Below, piece after piece: positions 48,052 to 57,930 of a stretch of 64,000 nucleotides of DNA. Numbering within the stretch: the stretch's first letter is position 1; each line of letters begins with the position of its first letter. A program made the position numbers and the translations under genes. Source of the stretch: a virus; IMG/VR virus record IMGVR_UViG_3300014656_000017, positions 32,001 to 96,000 of that record; one strand, written 5' to 3'. The notes under the pieces were generated by a model. The model saw only the letters and a program-made list of their open reading frames with translations. It did no database searches and had not been told where the DNA came from.

Positions 48052-48307
48052 TCTTTTTCTTCTTTGGTTTTTTAACAGTTTTCTTTTTTACTGCTTTCTT
48101 TTTTACTGCTTTATCTTTTGGATCTTTATCATCCTTGTGCTTTTCAATGTCTCTATCAGGTTTGCCCTTTTCTTTGACAGTTACCTTTCCAAGTACGATA
48201 CCTTCTTTTTTCATACTTTTCTTAAATTTTCCTGTATCAAAGTCAATAGCACCAATAATAGCATTCATTATGTTCTTATATTCGCCTTCTGGTTTTAGTT
48301 TAGCCAT
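48044..48307 (-). CDS. Small Lys-rich protein with histone-H1-like tail
   Basis: KAVKKKAVKKKTVKKPKKKK C-terminus; SD GGAG. Confidence 0.55.
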   Translation of the reverse strand: MAKLKPEGEYKNIMNAIIGAIDFDTGKFKKSMKKEGIVLGKVTVKEKGKPDRDIEKHKDDKDPKDKAVKKKAVKKKTVKKPKKKKNE

Positions 48308-49358
48308 TTTTTGTCTCCACTTTTTTATACACTTCTTGAAGATAGTTTGTTAGCTCTTCTTTCTTATCGAAGTTTTCTAAATTCTTAATAAACTCTTCAA
48401 TATCACCCTGAATATTTATACCTGAAAATACAAAATCAATCTCATCTATGACTTCAATATTTCCTATTGTACTATATTCTACTTTTAATTCCAATGGTTT
48501 AAGTAACGAGAACTTGTTAATCAGTGATTCTATCATTTGCGGATTTGCTTTTGCATCTACAATAAAAGATACAATATTGTCAGCAAATTCCTTTTTAATA
48601 GTACTTGTCAATTTTCCTACTGCTATTAGTTCTGATAGTCTTACCTTTCTATGTCGTGGTGATTGTAGATTGGGTATGAAATTTGCATTTTTAGTTGGTA
48701 TATCTAAAAGATAAATACCTTTTGGTGAATTAGCCTCTCCCCAGTTTTGTTCATACGGAGAACCTAAATATACAATAGTTCCATTAGAATATTTTCGAGC
48801 TTCAGTTAAATGAAAATGTCCTGTAATAATTAAATCTGCTTTTGTTAATAAATCATTAGAATTAATGCCGTATTCACAAATTCTTCTAGAATTCATTTTA
48901 AATGTCTTAATATCAAAATGTCCAAAAATAATATCACTATTAGGAATTTCATCTAACGGCGTATTCCATGGAACAAAGGTTAACATTTTTTCATGAGATG
49001 TAATAGTGGTCAATTTATCAATAACTGTTATATTTTCCCACTGATCTAATAAATCTAAAGAATGTACATCTGACCTTTTATTATAATAACAGTCATGATT
49101 TCCTACAAGCACAATAATATTAAAGCAATCTAATATTTCGAAAAATTTAGATAATTGTTGTAAAGTGGTCACAGGCACTTCATTTCGATCATCTAAAATA
49201 TCTCCTGCAATTATAATATCTTTGATATTGTTAGATAATAATGTTTCCTTTAGCCAGTGTGCAAAATTTAATATTATTTTATGCCATTGAGTAGAGGAGC
49301 CATGTAACCCTACATGCAAATCTGATATTAGTGCAACTTGTTCTTTAATTAGCTTCAT
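48300..49358 (-). CDS. gp47: Recombination nuclease subunit (SbcD/Mre11-like)
   Basis: SDLHVG, AGDILD, GNHD, GHF, TGHFH, YLGSP. Confidence 0.93.
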   Translation of the reverse strand: MKLIKEQVALISDLHVGLHGSSTQWHKIILNFAHWLKETLLSNNIKDIIIAGDILDDRNEVPVTTLQQLSKFFEILDCFNIIVLVGNHDCYYNKRSDVHSLDLLDQWENITVIDKLTTITSHEKMLTFVPWNTPLDEIPNSDIIFGHFDIKTFKMNSRRICEYGINSNDLLTKADLIITGHFHLTEARKYSNGTIVYLGSPYEQNWGEANSPKGIYLLDIPTKNANFIPNLQSPRHRKVRLSELIAVGKLTSTIKKEFADNIVSFIVDAKANPQMIESLINKFSLLKPLELKVEYSTIGNIEVIDEIDFVFSGINIQGDIEEFIKNLENFDKKEELTNYLQEVYKKVETKNG

Positions 49359-50139
49359 TTATAAGTCCTCTATCATCTCCATAATCATTATCATATGAAT
49401 CATGATACGTTCTGTGTTGTGCGGGCAATTCTCCGGAGCCGACCATATTATCAAAGGTTTCTGCTTGTAGTTCATCTAATGCTTTTCTTGCCCGTTTTTC
49501 TTTTTTGATTCTATTGCAAAATGCATGAAAGGCTATTTTTGTAAAATATGAAAAAGGATTTCCTTTCTTCGGTTTAAATTTTTTGGTGGTTAATGCTTCT
49601 AACATTTTTATTAGAGCATCGCCTGACATTTCTTCTCTATAAGAATAATTTACGAAATTAGGGGCATAAGCTAATCTGTTTGCAATTTGTTGAATAGAAT
49701 TAGCCAATTCATCTGTCATATTATTATCTTTATAGTATTGAACAATTTGGTTTTTTAATACTTCAGGATCTATATAATTATTAGATACTTTTGTGATAAT
49801 ATTTTTAATAACAAGCACAGGCATTACATATGTATGATTTGCAGAATATGCTGTTGCTCCTATTCCTAGTGTTGTTTTGCCTACTTGCTTTGGTCTAAAT
49901 GTATGAGCTACTTCAATTTTATCAATATCTTGTTTTCTATTAGTGATAATGGTTATTTTAGTATTGTCCCCAAAATCCCAGGCCATTTTTTTAACAGGGA
50001 CTGTTAAAGGCAAATGAATCAATCTAAAAAATACAGGACACGGAATAATAATTTCTTGAACACATTCTGACCATTCAAAATCTTCTGGACCCTTTCCTTG
50101 TATTTTAATTTCATGTTTCGCACACTGTTTTTGTTTCAT
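49345..50139 (-). CDS. gp55: Late-transcription sigma factor with N-terminal PKD-like domain
   Basis: C-half NYID...PNFVNYSYREEMSGDA...NPFSYFTKIAFHAFCNRIKKEK; N-half WDFGD...AHTF. Confidence 0.9.
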   Translation of the reverse strand: MKQKQCAKHEIKIQGKGPEDFEWSECVQEIIIPCPVFFRLIHLPLTVPVKKMAWDFGDNTKITIITNRKQDIDKIEVAHTFRPKQVGKTTLGIGATAYSANHTYVMPVLVIKNIITKVSNNYIDPEVLKNQIVQYYKDNNMTDELANSIQQIANRLAYAPNFVNYSYREEMSGDALIKMLEALTTKKFKPKKGNPFSYFTKIAFHAFCNRIKKEKRARKALDELQAETFDNMVGSGELPAQHRTYHDSYDNDYGDDRGLINEAN

Positions 50140-51619
50140 ATTTTATTTTCTCATTATCATAATGTCTAACTCGAACTTCTAAGTGCTTCCGCCCATAGTA
50201 TAGTTCGTCTGCTATATCAAATATAACCAATAGATTTTTCTTAGGATGTAATCTTAACCCTCTTCCAATACTTTGCAACAATGTAATTTTAGCCTTACCA
50301 CTTTGTGCAAAAAGCAAATAGTGAATATTCTTAACACTAATACCTGTAGAAAATATTTTAGTCATAGCAATACATACTATATTGTTCTTTGCTTCCATTA
50401 ATTTTTTAACAGATTCACGATCATTCATTTCTACAGAACCTCTAATAAAGTACACTTCTTTATTAGGAATATTGGTTTGTAGTGTTTTTTCTAGAAGTTC
50501 ACCATGATCTAATTTGTCTACCATAATTAAAATATTATTGTCTACCTTTTGAGCAAGTCGGGATATAATTTTATTTCTATATTCACTATTATAAATAAAC
50601 GCGCACTCTTGTAAATATCCTTTAGTTGGATCATCAGCATCTCGTTTTATGTGAGGTGGATGTTTATATTTAATATTAATCACTTGTGCAAATACAGGAG
50701 AAATAGCTCCACTCTTCTGCAACTCCGCTGAATTCACATCTAAAATTATAGGCCCAATTTTACCTATAATATTCCATGTATCAATTAAGCTTTCTGGTAG
50801 AGTTCCTGTTAGTCCAAATTTATGTGGAGTTTTAAAAATATCTACTGTCTCATTTATCAAATTAGCCTTTTTTAAGGTGTGTACTTCGTCTATGATAACT
50901 AAATCCACATCTGATAATTCTGTTAAATATTCATCTCTCTGTTGTTTCCATTCACTGTCTTTTTTACGTTTTGATTTTACTATTTTGCCATCTTTTCTAC
51001 AGTATTGATTAATACGAGCTTGTACAATTGGATAAGTGGCTAAAATGATAGGAGCTTTTTTAAATTCGTGATCGCCACTCCACTGACTTATGTTTTCTTT
51101 AGGTATACCATATTCTATTAAATCATTATATGTTTGTTCAATTAAATTGGGAGGTAATAGGACGAATGTGGTAGTAGGCTTAATAGCGCTAATAAGACCT
51201 GCCATTAAAAGAGTTTTTCCTCCAGCTGTGCCTATTACAAAAATACCTTTACCATATTTCAATCCCTCTAATATACCCTGTTCTTGAAAATCGCGGTAGG
51301 GAAGATTTAAAACAGGCACATCAACAGGTTCTGGTGTATATCCTGTTTCAATTTTATCTTTTAAAAGTGGAGTTGTAATTACATCATAGTCGATATCGCA
51401 ATTGATTAAATAGTCATGTATATCGTAATAAAGTCCTATATTGAATCTTCCTGTATCTGTGATAGCAAATAATCTCTTTGGAATATGCGATCCTTGAAAT
51501 TTAGACAGTTTAGCTAGAGGGTTAGGTACAGAAAAATAGTGTCTGATATTATTTAAAAAATCAGATGTTATTATTCCCTTACTATATCTAGTATCCCAGT
51601 CTAATATTACTTTAGGCAT
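50111..51619 (-). CDS. uvsW: SF2 DNA helicase
   Basis: TAGGKT, IIDEVH, GLTGT, STGIS, QSIGRGLR. Confidence 0.92.
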   Translation of the reverse strand: MPKVILDWDTRYSKGIITSDFLNNIRHYFSVPNPLAKLSKFQGSHIPKRLFAITDTGRFNIGLYYDIHDYLINCDIDYDVITTPLLKDKIETGYTPEPVDVPVLNLPYRDFQEQGILEGLKYGKGIFVIGTAGGKTLLMAGLISAIKPTTTFVLLPPNLIEQTYNDLIEYGIPKENISQWSGDHEFKKAPIILATYPIVQARINQYCRKDGKIVKSKRKKDSEWKQQRDEYLTELSDVDLVIIDEVHTLKKANLINETVDIFKTPHKFGLTGTLPESLIDTWNIIGKIGPIILDVNSAELQKSGAISPVFAQVINIKYKHPPHIKRDADDPTKGYLQECAFIYNSEYRNKIISRLAQKVDNNILIMVDKLDHGELLEKTLQTNIPNKEVYFIRGSVEMNDRESVKKLMEAKNNIVCIAMTKIFSTGISVKNIHYLLFAQSGKAKITLLQSIGRGLRLHPKKNLLVIFDIADELYYGRKHLEVRVRHYDNEKIKYETKTVCET

Positions 51620-52020
51620 TAACTAAGCTCTGCTCTTTTTATCTCTATTATATTCTTTATATCAAATGTAGACGACTTTAATATTTGTTCAGCTTTTTCT
51701 AAATATTCAATTAATATATCACAATCTGTTATTTTAGAATCGATTTTTTGCACAACCTCGTGTTGCTCTGCATGAAGCATTAAACTTCGATCAGAAAGAG
51801 TAACAATTTGTTTATCTTTGTTTTTAGTGATTAAATTAATAATAGCTTCTTTCCTTAACTCTTTTAGTTTGTTTCTTTCAATTTTTTGTTCAATTAATCT
51901 AGACACCCATTTGTGTTTGATAGCGGGTAGCTTCATTTGTGTGTCTTTTAAGTTAATATCATCCAATTGCAGATCTTCTTTAAGTTCTGCGTTATACTTC
52001 TCAAATAGATTTTTATCCAT
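51619..52020 (-). CDS. uvsY: Recombination mediator protein
   Basis: 133 aa helical protein ending FDIKNIIE, adjacent to uvsW. Confidence 0.8.
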   Translation of the reverse strand: MDKNLFEKYNAELKEDLQLDDINLKDTQMKLPAIKHKWVSRLIEQKIERNKLKELRKEAIINLITKNKDKQIVTLSDRSLMLHAEQHEVVQKIDSKITDCDILIEYLEKAEQILKSSTFDIKNIIEIKRAELS

Positions 52021-52077
52021 AGTAGATTCCTATATGTAATAAGTATAAGTAATTATTGAGGAAAGGCAACTAAAATT

Positions 52078-52743
52078 ATGAAAAAAGTAAATGAAACAAC
52101 AACAGCCGGTGTATTTGGACCATCACAAAATCATGCAGAGACACCAGGATTTAGTGGCGACTTTTATGCTCCCGGAGATGCTCGTAATTTGTGGGGTGCT
52201 GAAAATCTAAAAGGTAAAAAGAAAAAGAAAAGAAGTAAAAAAATTCCCCTGTATAGAAGGACATTTAATGAACTAATCAATTCTTCAACAGAGTCTAAAA
52301 AATCACCTTTAATGGAATGCGCCGTTAAATCTGAGCAAAAAGAATATTGCAATATTCTAAAATCAATACTGGAAAAATCAAATGTTAGATATATAATAGA
52401 TGATGATGGAGTGGTGTTATTTTGGGAAAGTGATATTGGTGTTAAAAAAGTAATTGATAAATTACAAACTATTATAACAGAAGAACCTTTCGAGGATGAA
52501 AAAATTGCAGTGATAATCGGAGAGGCAAATGAAATTACATTAAAATCTCCTAAAAAGGATTATAATGAATATGATCAAAAGGAATTTGAAATGGGTATAG
52601 AAGTTGAAAAAGAACATACCAATGATATTGAGATAGCTAAAAACATCACAGCAAACCATTTAGATGAATTTCCTACTTATTATACAGCCTTGAAACAAAT
52701 GGAGGATAAATTAAAACAACATGAGCAACGCAAACAAAAATAA
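52078..52743 (+). CDS. Hypothetical protein with C-terminal DUF5661-like motif
   Basis: MGIEVEKEHT...NHLDEFPTYYTAL. Confidence 0.6.
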   Translation: MKKVNETTTAGVFGPSQNHAETPGFSGDFYAPGDARNLWGAENLKGKKKKKRSKKIPLYRRTFNELINSSTESKKSPLMECAVKSEQKEYCNILKSILEKSNVRYIIDDDGVVLFWESDIGVKKVIDKLQTIITEEPFEDEKIAVIIGEANEITLKSPKKDYNEYDQKEFEMGIEVEKEHTNDIEIAKNITANHLDEFPTYYTALKQMEDKLKQHEQRKQK

Positions 52744-53269
52744 AGGTAAAGGTTGGGAAAGAGAATTAGCTAAGCACTTGTCTAAAGTGACTGGTAAGTC
52801 CTTTACTCGTGTCCCAAACAGTGGAGCTTTTGTTGGTGGTAAAAATTTCTTCCGAACTGAAACACTCTCTAAGGAACAAATAGGCATGTTTGAAGGTGAT
52901 TTAATTACACCAAAAGAATGGGATCATGTTAGATTTGAATGCAAGTTTTATAAGAAGATGGCTTGGGCTAAATTGTTTGCACCAGAAGGCGAAAGCCAAA
53001 TGAATAAGTGGATTGAACAAGTCTCACAAGGAACCCGGCCTTATTGGTTCCTTTGCTTTAAGATTAATAACATTGGAAGATTTGTTCTATTTTTAGATAA
53101 TGTAAAATACATTTACCAAAATTCTCTTTATTATTTTATTCCACCAAAAACTGATAATATATCAACTACACATTATCCACCTTGTAAAATAGTATCAATG
53201 GATACCTTCTTTGAACTAAATAAAGATATAATAGAGGGATTAAAAAATGACACAGATAATCGGAACTAA
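52721..53269 (+). CDS. Holliday junction resolvase-like PD-(D/E)xK nuclease
   Basis: KGKGWERE, RVPNSGA, GDL, FECK. Confidence 0.75.
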   Translation: MSNANKNKGKGWERELAKHLSKVTGKSFTRVPNSGAFVGGKNFFRTETLSKEQIGMFEGDLITPKEWDHVRFECKFYKKMAWAKLFAPEGESQMNKWIEQVSQGTRPYWFLCFKINNIGRFVLFLDNVKYIYQNSLYYFIPPKTDNISTTHYPPCKIVSMDTFFELNKDIIEGLKNDTDNRN

Positions 53270-53906
53270 CAGAGATAGTAAATGTATGTATTGTGATGCG
53301 AAATCTTATGGCAACGGATGTCCATATTCCCCACATAAACGACACGTTCATGGAGATGATCCAAAAAGATGTATTTATTGTGGATCTGCCTCTTTTGGTA
53401 TTGGATGCCCATATAATCCATTTGGAAGAGTTCATATTCATGGTGTAGAATATAATCAAATGATGAAAGAATCTGCTTACAATAGCTATACTGTTGGAAT
53501 ATTCTTACACAGATTGATTCAACCAATAAAAGAAATGGAAGCATATAAAATTGGTTTGATAGACGATGAAGGTAAAAAATTAAGAGAAAGTGTAAATGCA
53601 GAAGACAGTATTGCATTAACACCACTTGATTCACTTATATTGAAAGTAAGAAGATTAATAGGTGAAGATAAATTGGAGCTATTAAATGCTAATGTTTTAT
53701 TTGATCTTGTTAATAAAGAACCGTCAACACAAAAATTTGATACCAAGTTATATGAAAATGAAGTAAAACTAAAACAAAGAATAAACACTCTTGTGCAAGA
53801 TTATAAAAATATTATTGCAGATGGAATAAATAGTGGATTATCCTCAAGTACAATAGAAAATATAGTAATTGAAGGATTTCTTAATGACACAACAAAAACT
53901 GAATGA
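53247..53906 (+). CDS. T4 gp30.3-like protein with two N-terminal Cys/His repeats
   Basis: 2x CxYC-x8-CPYxP-x3/4-HxH; AYKIGLIDDEGKKLR core. Confidence 0.55.
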   Translation: MTQIIGTNRDSKCMYCDAKSYGNGCPYSPHKRHVHGDDPKRCIYCGSASFGIGCPYNPFGRVHIHGVEYNQMMKESAYNSYTVGIFLHRLIQPIKEMEAYKIGLIDDEGKKLRESVNAEDSIALTPLDSLILKVRRLIGEDKLELLNANVLFDLVNKEPSTQKFDTKLYENEVKLKQRINTLVQDYKNIIADGINSGLSSSTIENIVIEGFLNDTTKTE

Positions 53907-54456
53907 TATTATAGAGACACCAGAATTTAAAATAGTTCTTTTTGATCAAATACTCGAAAAGTCTCAAAATGATTTAGTCAAAGAAATTAGTCTCTCAATT
54001 CATCAAAATATTATATTATATATACAAAGTTTAGACCAAGATATAAAACGACTACTTCTTCACTTCATAACTATCAATATTTTCAACAAGATACAAGAAT
54101 TAAATGGATCAGACAAGATATTGTTTGTACAACCAACCTTCAAAGATCACATAATGAAAGAGTTTGTTGAAGCTCGAAAGACCACTAAAGTATATAATTT
54201 TGTTTTCAATACTCTTTTATTGTTAAGCAAAAGGGTTCCTTTTCCAATGTATGTTTCAAGAAACGTTATAGATTTGAACAATATGTCAGCAGGTGAAACT
54301 AAAGAATTGATTCATAAACTCCAAGGCAAAATTAACAAGTTTAAAAATTCTAATATGTCCAGTAAACTTCTTAAAAAATTTACACAAAAGAAAGGATTAA
54401 TATATCTAGAAAAGGAATATTTACAATCTAAAGAGTTTAAAAAGCTTTTTTATTAA
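53869..54456 (+). CDS. Hypothetical protein
   Basis: 195 aa ORF (start probably MTQQK at 53884). Confidence 0.55.
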   Translation: MKDFLMTQQKLNDIIETPEFKIVLFDQILEKSQNDLVKEISLSIHQNIILYIQSLDQDIKRLLLHFITINIFNKIQELNGSDKILFVQPTFKDHIMKEFVEARKTTKVYNFVFNTLLLLSKRVPFPMYVSRNVIDLNNMSAGETKELIHKLQGKINKFKNSNMSSKLLKKFTQKKGLIYLEKEYLQSKEFKKLFY

Positions 54457-54460
54457 TGAT

Positions 54461-54477
54461 TTTCATAAATATTTAAA
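54461..54477 (+). promoter_or_regulatory. T4-type late promoter
   Basis: TTTCATAAATATTTAAA, identical to 60388-60404; resembles the T4 late consensus TATAAATA. Confidence 0.7.
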
Positions 54478-54488
54478 GGAGAAATACT

Positions 54489-54836
54489 ATGAGTAAATTT
54501 GATGATGTTATTAAGAATAAGTTAGAACAGTTAGATGAGATTGCACCAGTCCAGTCTCAAGGCATCCCGCAGCAAGCTCCGCAACAAGCAGGAGCAGCTC
54601 CACAGCAACCTGTAGATATAGCGGCTATGATTAAAAAGCCCACGTTTGCACAAAACTTAAATGGGTTTTTAGATAGTTTAAAGCAGACAGATGCTCAGGC
54701 CTATGAACAAGTTATACAAGCTCTAAATGCGGACCAACAGGCGCAACAGCAAGTACAACCACAACAGGGCCAAACACAACAGACATCACCTCAACAGGGC
54801 TCTTCGGGTATGGACAGTCAGCAATTTACTACATAA
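54489..54836 (+). CDS. Gln-rich hypothetical protein (putative internal head protein)
   Basis: Strong SD, late promoter, MSKFDDVI...LDE leader. Confidence 0.6.
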   Translation: MSKFDDVIKNKLEQLDEIAPVQSQGIPQQAPQQAGAAPQQPVDIAAMIKKPTFAQNLNGFLDSLKQTDAQAYEQVIQALNADQQAQQQVQPQQGQTQQTSPQQGSSGMDSQQFTT

Positions 54837-54854
54837 GCTAGATGGGAGTTATAT

Positions 54855-55403
54855 ATGAACACATTATTTGGATCAAAGCTAAGTGAGGCATATAAAATAT
54901 TATTAGAACAAGATATGCCATCGTCACCCGGACCAACAGCACCTCCGATGGGTCCAGATACTGGTGCAGGTCCAATAGATGTGGCACCCGGTGATACTCC
55001 TAGTGCACTTCCTGGTCAAGATGGCGCACCACCTAGTGCAGGAGATATGGAAGATGATGTTAAACGAGACACAGATGCTGTTGCCTATACTGAAAATATG
55101 TTAGCTACATTGGTTGATCCTGAAAAAGGTATTACTCCTGAAATGTTTGCTCAGTATTTAAATACGTTTGATATAGCATCAACAAAAGTTAAAGACAAAG
55201 AAGGCTTTGCTAAGTTTTATAGTAACTTCTATAATAAGCTTAGAAATGTAGTAGAAACAAAAGAAGAAATGAAAAGACTGTTTGCAACTTTCTTAGGATC
55301 TGCTAAGAATGTATTAACCCACCAAGAACAAACACCAGACAATGCAGGTGGTGGCATTGGAAAAGATAGTCATCAAGGACCTACGGGGCCTGGCGTTAGA
55401 TAA
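54855..55403 (+). CDS. Pro/Gly-rich hypothetical protein (putative internal head protein)
   Basis: 182 aa; leader ending ILLE. Confidence 0.6.
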   Translation: MNTLFGSKLSEAYKILLEQDMPSSPGPTAPPMGPDTGAGPIDVAPGDTPSALPGQDGAPPSAGDMEDDVKRDTDAVAYTENMLATLVDPEKGITPEMFAQYLNTFDIASTKVKDKEGFAKFYSNFYNKLRNVVETKEEMKRLFATFLGSAKNVLTHQEQTPDNAGGGIGKDSHQGPTGPGVR

Positions 55404-56593
55404 TGCAACTATCTGAAACATATAAACTCGTAAGAGAAGGCAAAGACTTTCCAAAAGAAGAGGAAGTTCAAGAAGAGCCTTTTAAGACATTACGAGATGT
55501 GTATGAAGATGTTAACATTATAGCCCGCGGAGATATTGGAGATGAGAAATTTGATTTCTCTGGAGTAACTAATAATAAAAGATATGTTCAATATATTCAA
55601 CGATTAGTGGCACCTGAATTAGATAAAATAACTACTATATTGCGAGCTGAAAGAGGATGGGGTGTTATTGGAGATAATAATATTGATTCTTTTATATTGT
55701 TATACTTACTTCCTGTGTTTAATAATAATGCAGGCAATATATTAAATGTATTAAACCAATCAACAAACGTAGATTTTCCAATAAACGACTTATTAAAAAA
55801 CACTAACACTCCCTTGACAGAAATATTTAAACCTCCACAAGATATCAATTTTCACGATTTAATTCAGCTTGAAATGCCAAATGTACATGTAAAACAAAAA
55901 TTTAATACAGGTGGATTTGAAGTTATGTTCACTTTACTAACAAACGCTCAAAAAAGTCACAGTGAAGGAGATATTACTTTTGGTTCTTCTAAAATGGAAA
56001 TAAAGGGATTTTTATCCAGAAGCAGAGCTTCTGGTGCTCGAATTATTATAAACGATTTAAATTATATTTTAAATAAGAAAAAAATAATGCTTAAAGCATT
56101 ATTTAATGTATTTAAAAACAGTGGTATAAATTATATGTTTATTGGTATTAAAGATTCTGTAGATGAATATGTTACGTTAAATATTGAAGAGCTATCAGGC
56201 AAAGAAGAAAGAAATATTTTGATAGAACTTAAAAACAAAAATGTAATGTTTTTTAAAAATCCAAAAGAGACATACATTAGAGTTACATTAACTGCACCAG
56301 GTTTACAATCAAATAAAAATGCTGTATATAATGAATATGCAAATCTTGTTAAAACATGTGAAAAAGGTATACAAACTATTATTAATAATCAGCATGTATT
56401 GGACACAACCCTTATAGGCCAATTATCAAAACTTAAAAATATAATTAAAAATTCCAACAATACAAGTAAGGACATAGACATAATTCAGTTACAAATAAAT
56501 AATATTATTAGAGATCATCCGAGAAAGGGAAACGAACTTAGGTGGATAAAAGATATACCAGATAAATTGAAATTATATAATCTACAACAATGA
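55403..56593 (+). CDS. Hypothetical protein with possible PD-(D/E)xK nuclease motif
   Basis: GGFE...EGDITFGSSKMEIKG. Confidence 0.5.
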   Translation: MQLSETYKLVREGKDFPKEEEVQEEPFKTLRDVYEDVNIIARGDIGDEKFDFSGVTNNKRYVQYIQRLVAPELDKITTILRAERGWGVIGDNNIDSFILLYLLPVFNNNAGNILNVLNQSTNVDFPINDLLKNTNTPLTEIFKPPQDINFHDLIQLEMPNVHVKQKFNTGGFEVMFTLLTNAQKSHSEGDITFGSSKMEIKGFLSRSRASGARIIINDLNYILNKKKIMLKALFNVFKNSGINYMFIGIKDSVDEYVTLNIEELSGKEERNILIELKNKNVMFFKNPKETYIRVTLTAPGLQSNKNAVYNEYANLVKTCEKGIQTIINNQHVLDTTLIGQLSKLKNIIKNSNNTSKDIDIIQLQINNIIRDHPRKGNELRWIKDIPDKLKLYNLQQ

Positions 56594-57879
56594 AAAACTT
56601 TGACATACTAATTAATCAGTTTCATGAAGGGATTAAACCACATTCCCCAACACCTTTAATGCCTATTGAAGGCAAAACACTTATATTTTTTGATACAGAG
56701 ACTACAGGATTAAATCCATTTACCAGTCAGATTACTGAAATAGCAGCTATGGCAGTAGAAGGAAGTACAAATACAACATTAGACATTTTTCATAGAAAGA
56801 TAATGTTACTACAAGAATTGAAGGCTAAATTGTCTAATGATACTGTATATGAAAACTATTATGAATTGAATAGTAAATTTAAAAATATAGAGCGCAATTT
56901 AGATTTTTTAAAAAAAGAAATTGCGGAAGCTAAATATAACAAAATGATTGTTTCGGGTATAGTTATGAGTCTCCAAAATACTCCAGCCATGCAAGGGCTG
57001 GATATTATAAAAAGTATAGCCAAGTTTGTATTAATCGGAGAATTTAATCCTCTTCGAATTGAGTTTAGAGGCTTGCGTCAAAAGAGAAAATATTTAAAAA
57101 TTAACAGAGGCGCCAAAGATTTGTTTTTGAATATGGTTTATCGTAATTGGCTTGTACCTACAACACCCCCTTTGCCTGAAATAGAAAATAAACCAAAAAG
57201 TGGTAAGTTGAGTTTAAGGGATGTATTAGATAAAACTCAGTATTCAAAAGAAGATGCAGATATTGAAGAAGTACAAGCTATTAATGAATTTAGAGAATTT
57301 GTACAAAAACAAAAGAATCCAATATTAATAGCTCACAATGCATCTTTTGATATGAAGATGGTTAACACGAGAGCAAAAAATTATAATGTGCCACAAATAA
57401 ATGCTCCTGTATATGACACTATTGCCTTTGCTCGTATTTTCTATATTCCTTTATTACAACATTTGGAAAATGGTGGCGATGCTAATGCTAAAACTATTTT
57501 AGATGGATTAACACAAAAAATTACTAAGAAAGGAAAAAGATATAATATTAGTGCTGTTCTATCTAAGATGGCAGCAGCTAACAATATCGAAATTAATCCA
57601 GAAGATCTACAAAGAGAATATTCACAATTAGTGTCTCGATATAATTTTGATATAGATCAAACATATCATACAGCCATATATGATGTGTTTATTTTAGCAA
57701 AAGTGTTTGCGGTAGTAAACGATTATGTAGATAAAAATCTTACACCAGAAGTTCAATCTTCTCCTTCTTTTATGTCTATATCAGACCCTGCATATAAAAG
57801 ACATTTGAGAATGGTCAATCCAGCGCAACATAAAAAGCCTAAGCCTAAAAAGAAAGTCGAAGTTCCAATAATTCCATAA
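56590..57879 (+). CDS. DEDDh 3'-5' exonuclease with large insertion
   Basis: FDTETTG, AHNASFD, HTAIYD. Confidence 0.85.
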   Translation: MKNFDILINQFHEGIKPHSPTPLMPIEGKTLIFFDTETTGLNPFTSQITEIAAMAVEGSTNTTLDIFHRKIMLLQELKAKLSNDTVYENYYELNSKFKNIERNLDFLKKEIAEAKYNKMIVSGIVMSLQNTPAMQGLDIIKSIAKFVLIGEFNPLRIEFRGLRQKRKYLKINRGAKDLFLNMVYRNWLVPTTPPLPEIENKPKSGKLSLRDVLDKTQYSKEDADIEEVQAINEFREFVQKQKNPILIAHNASFDMKMVNTRAKNYNVPQINAPVYDTIAFARIFYIPLLQHLENGGDANAKTILDGLTQKITKKGKRYNISAVLSKMAAANNIEINPEDLQREYSQLVSRYNFDIDQTYHTAIYDVFILAKVFAVVNDYVDKNLTPEVQSSPSFMSISDPAYKRHLRMVNPAQHKKPKPKKKVEVPIIP

Positions 57880-57885
57880 TTCTTC

Positions 57886-57913
57886 TTGACTTCTTCTTGA
57901 AATATATTATTAT
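57886..57913 (+). promoter_or_regulatory. Sigma70-like promoter for queD-queE
   Basis: TTGACT-N16-TATTAT. Confidence 0.6.
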
Positions 57914-57930
57914 ATACAAAAAGGAGAAAT

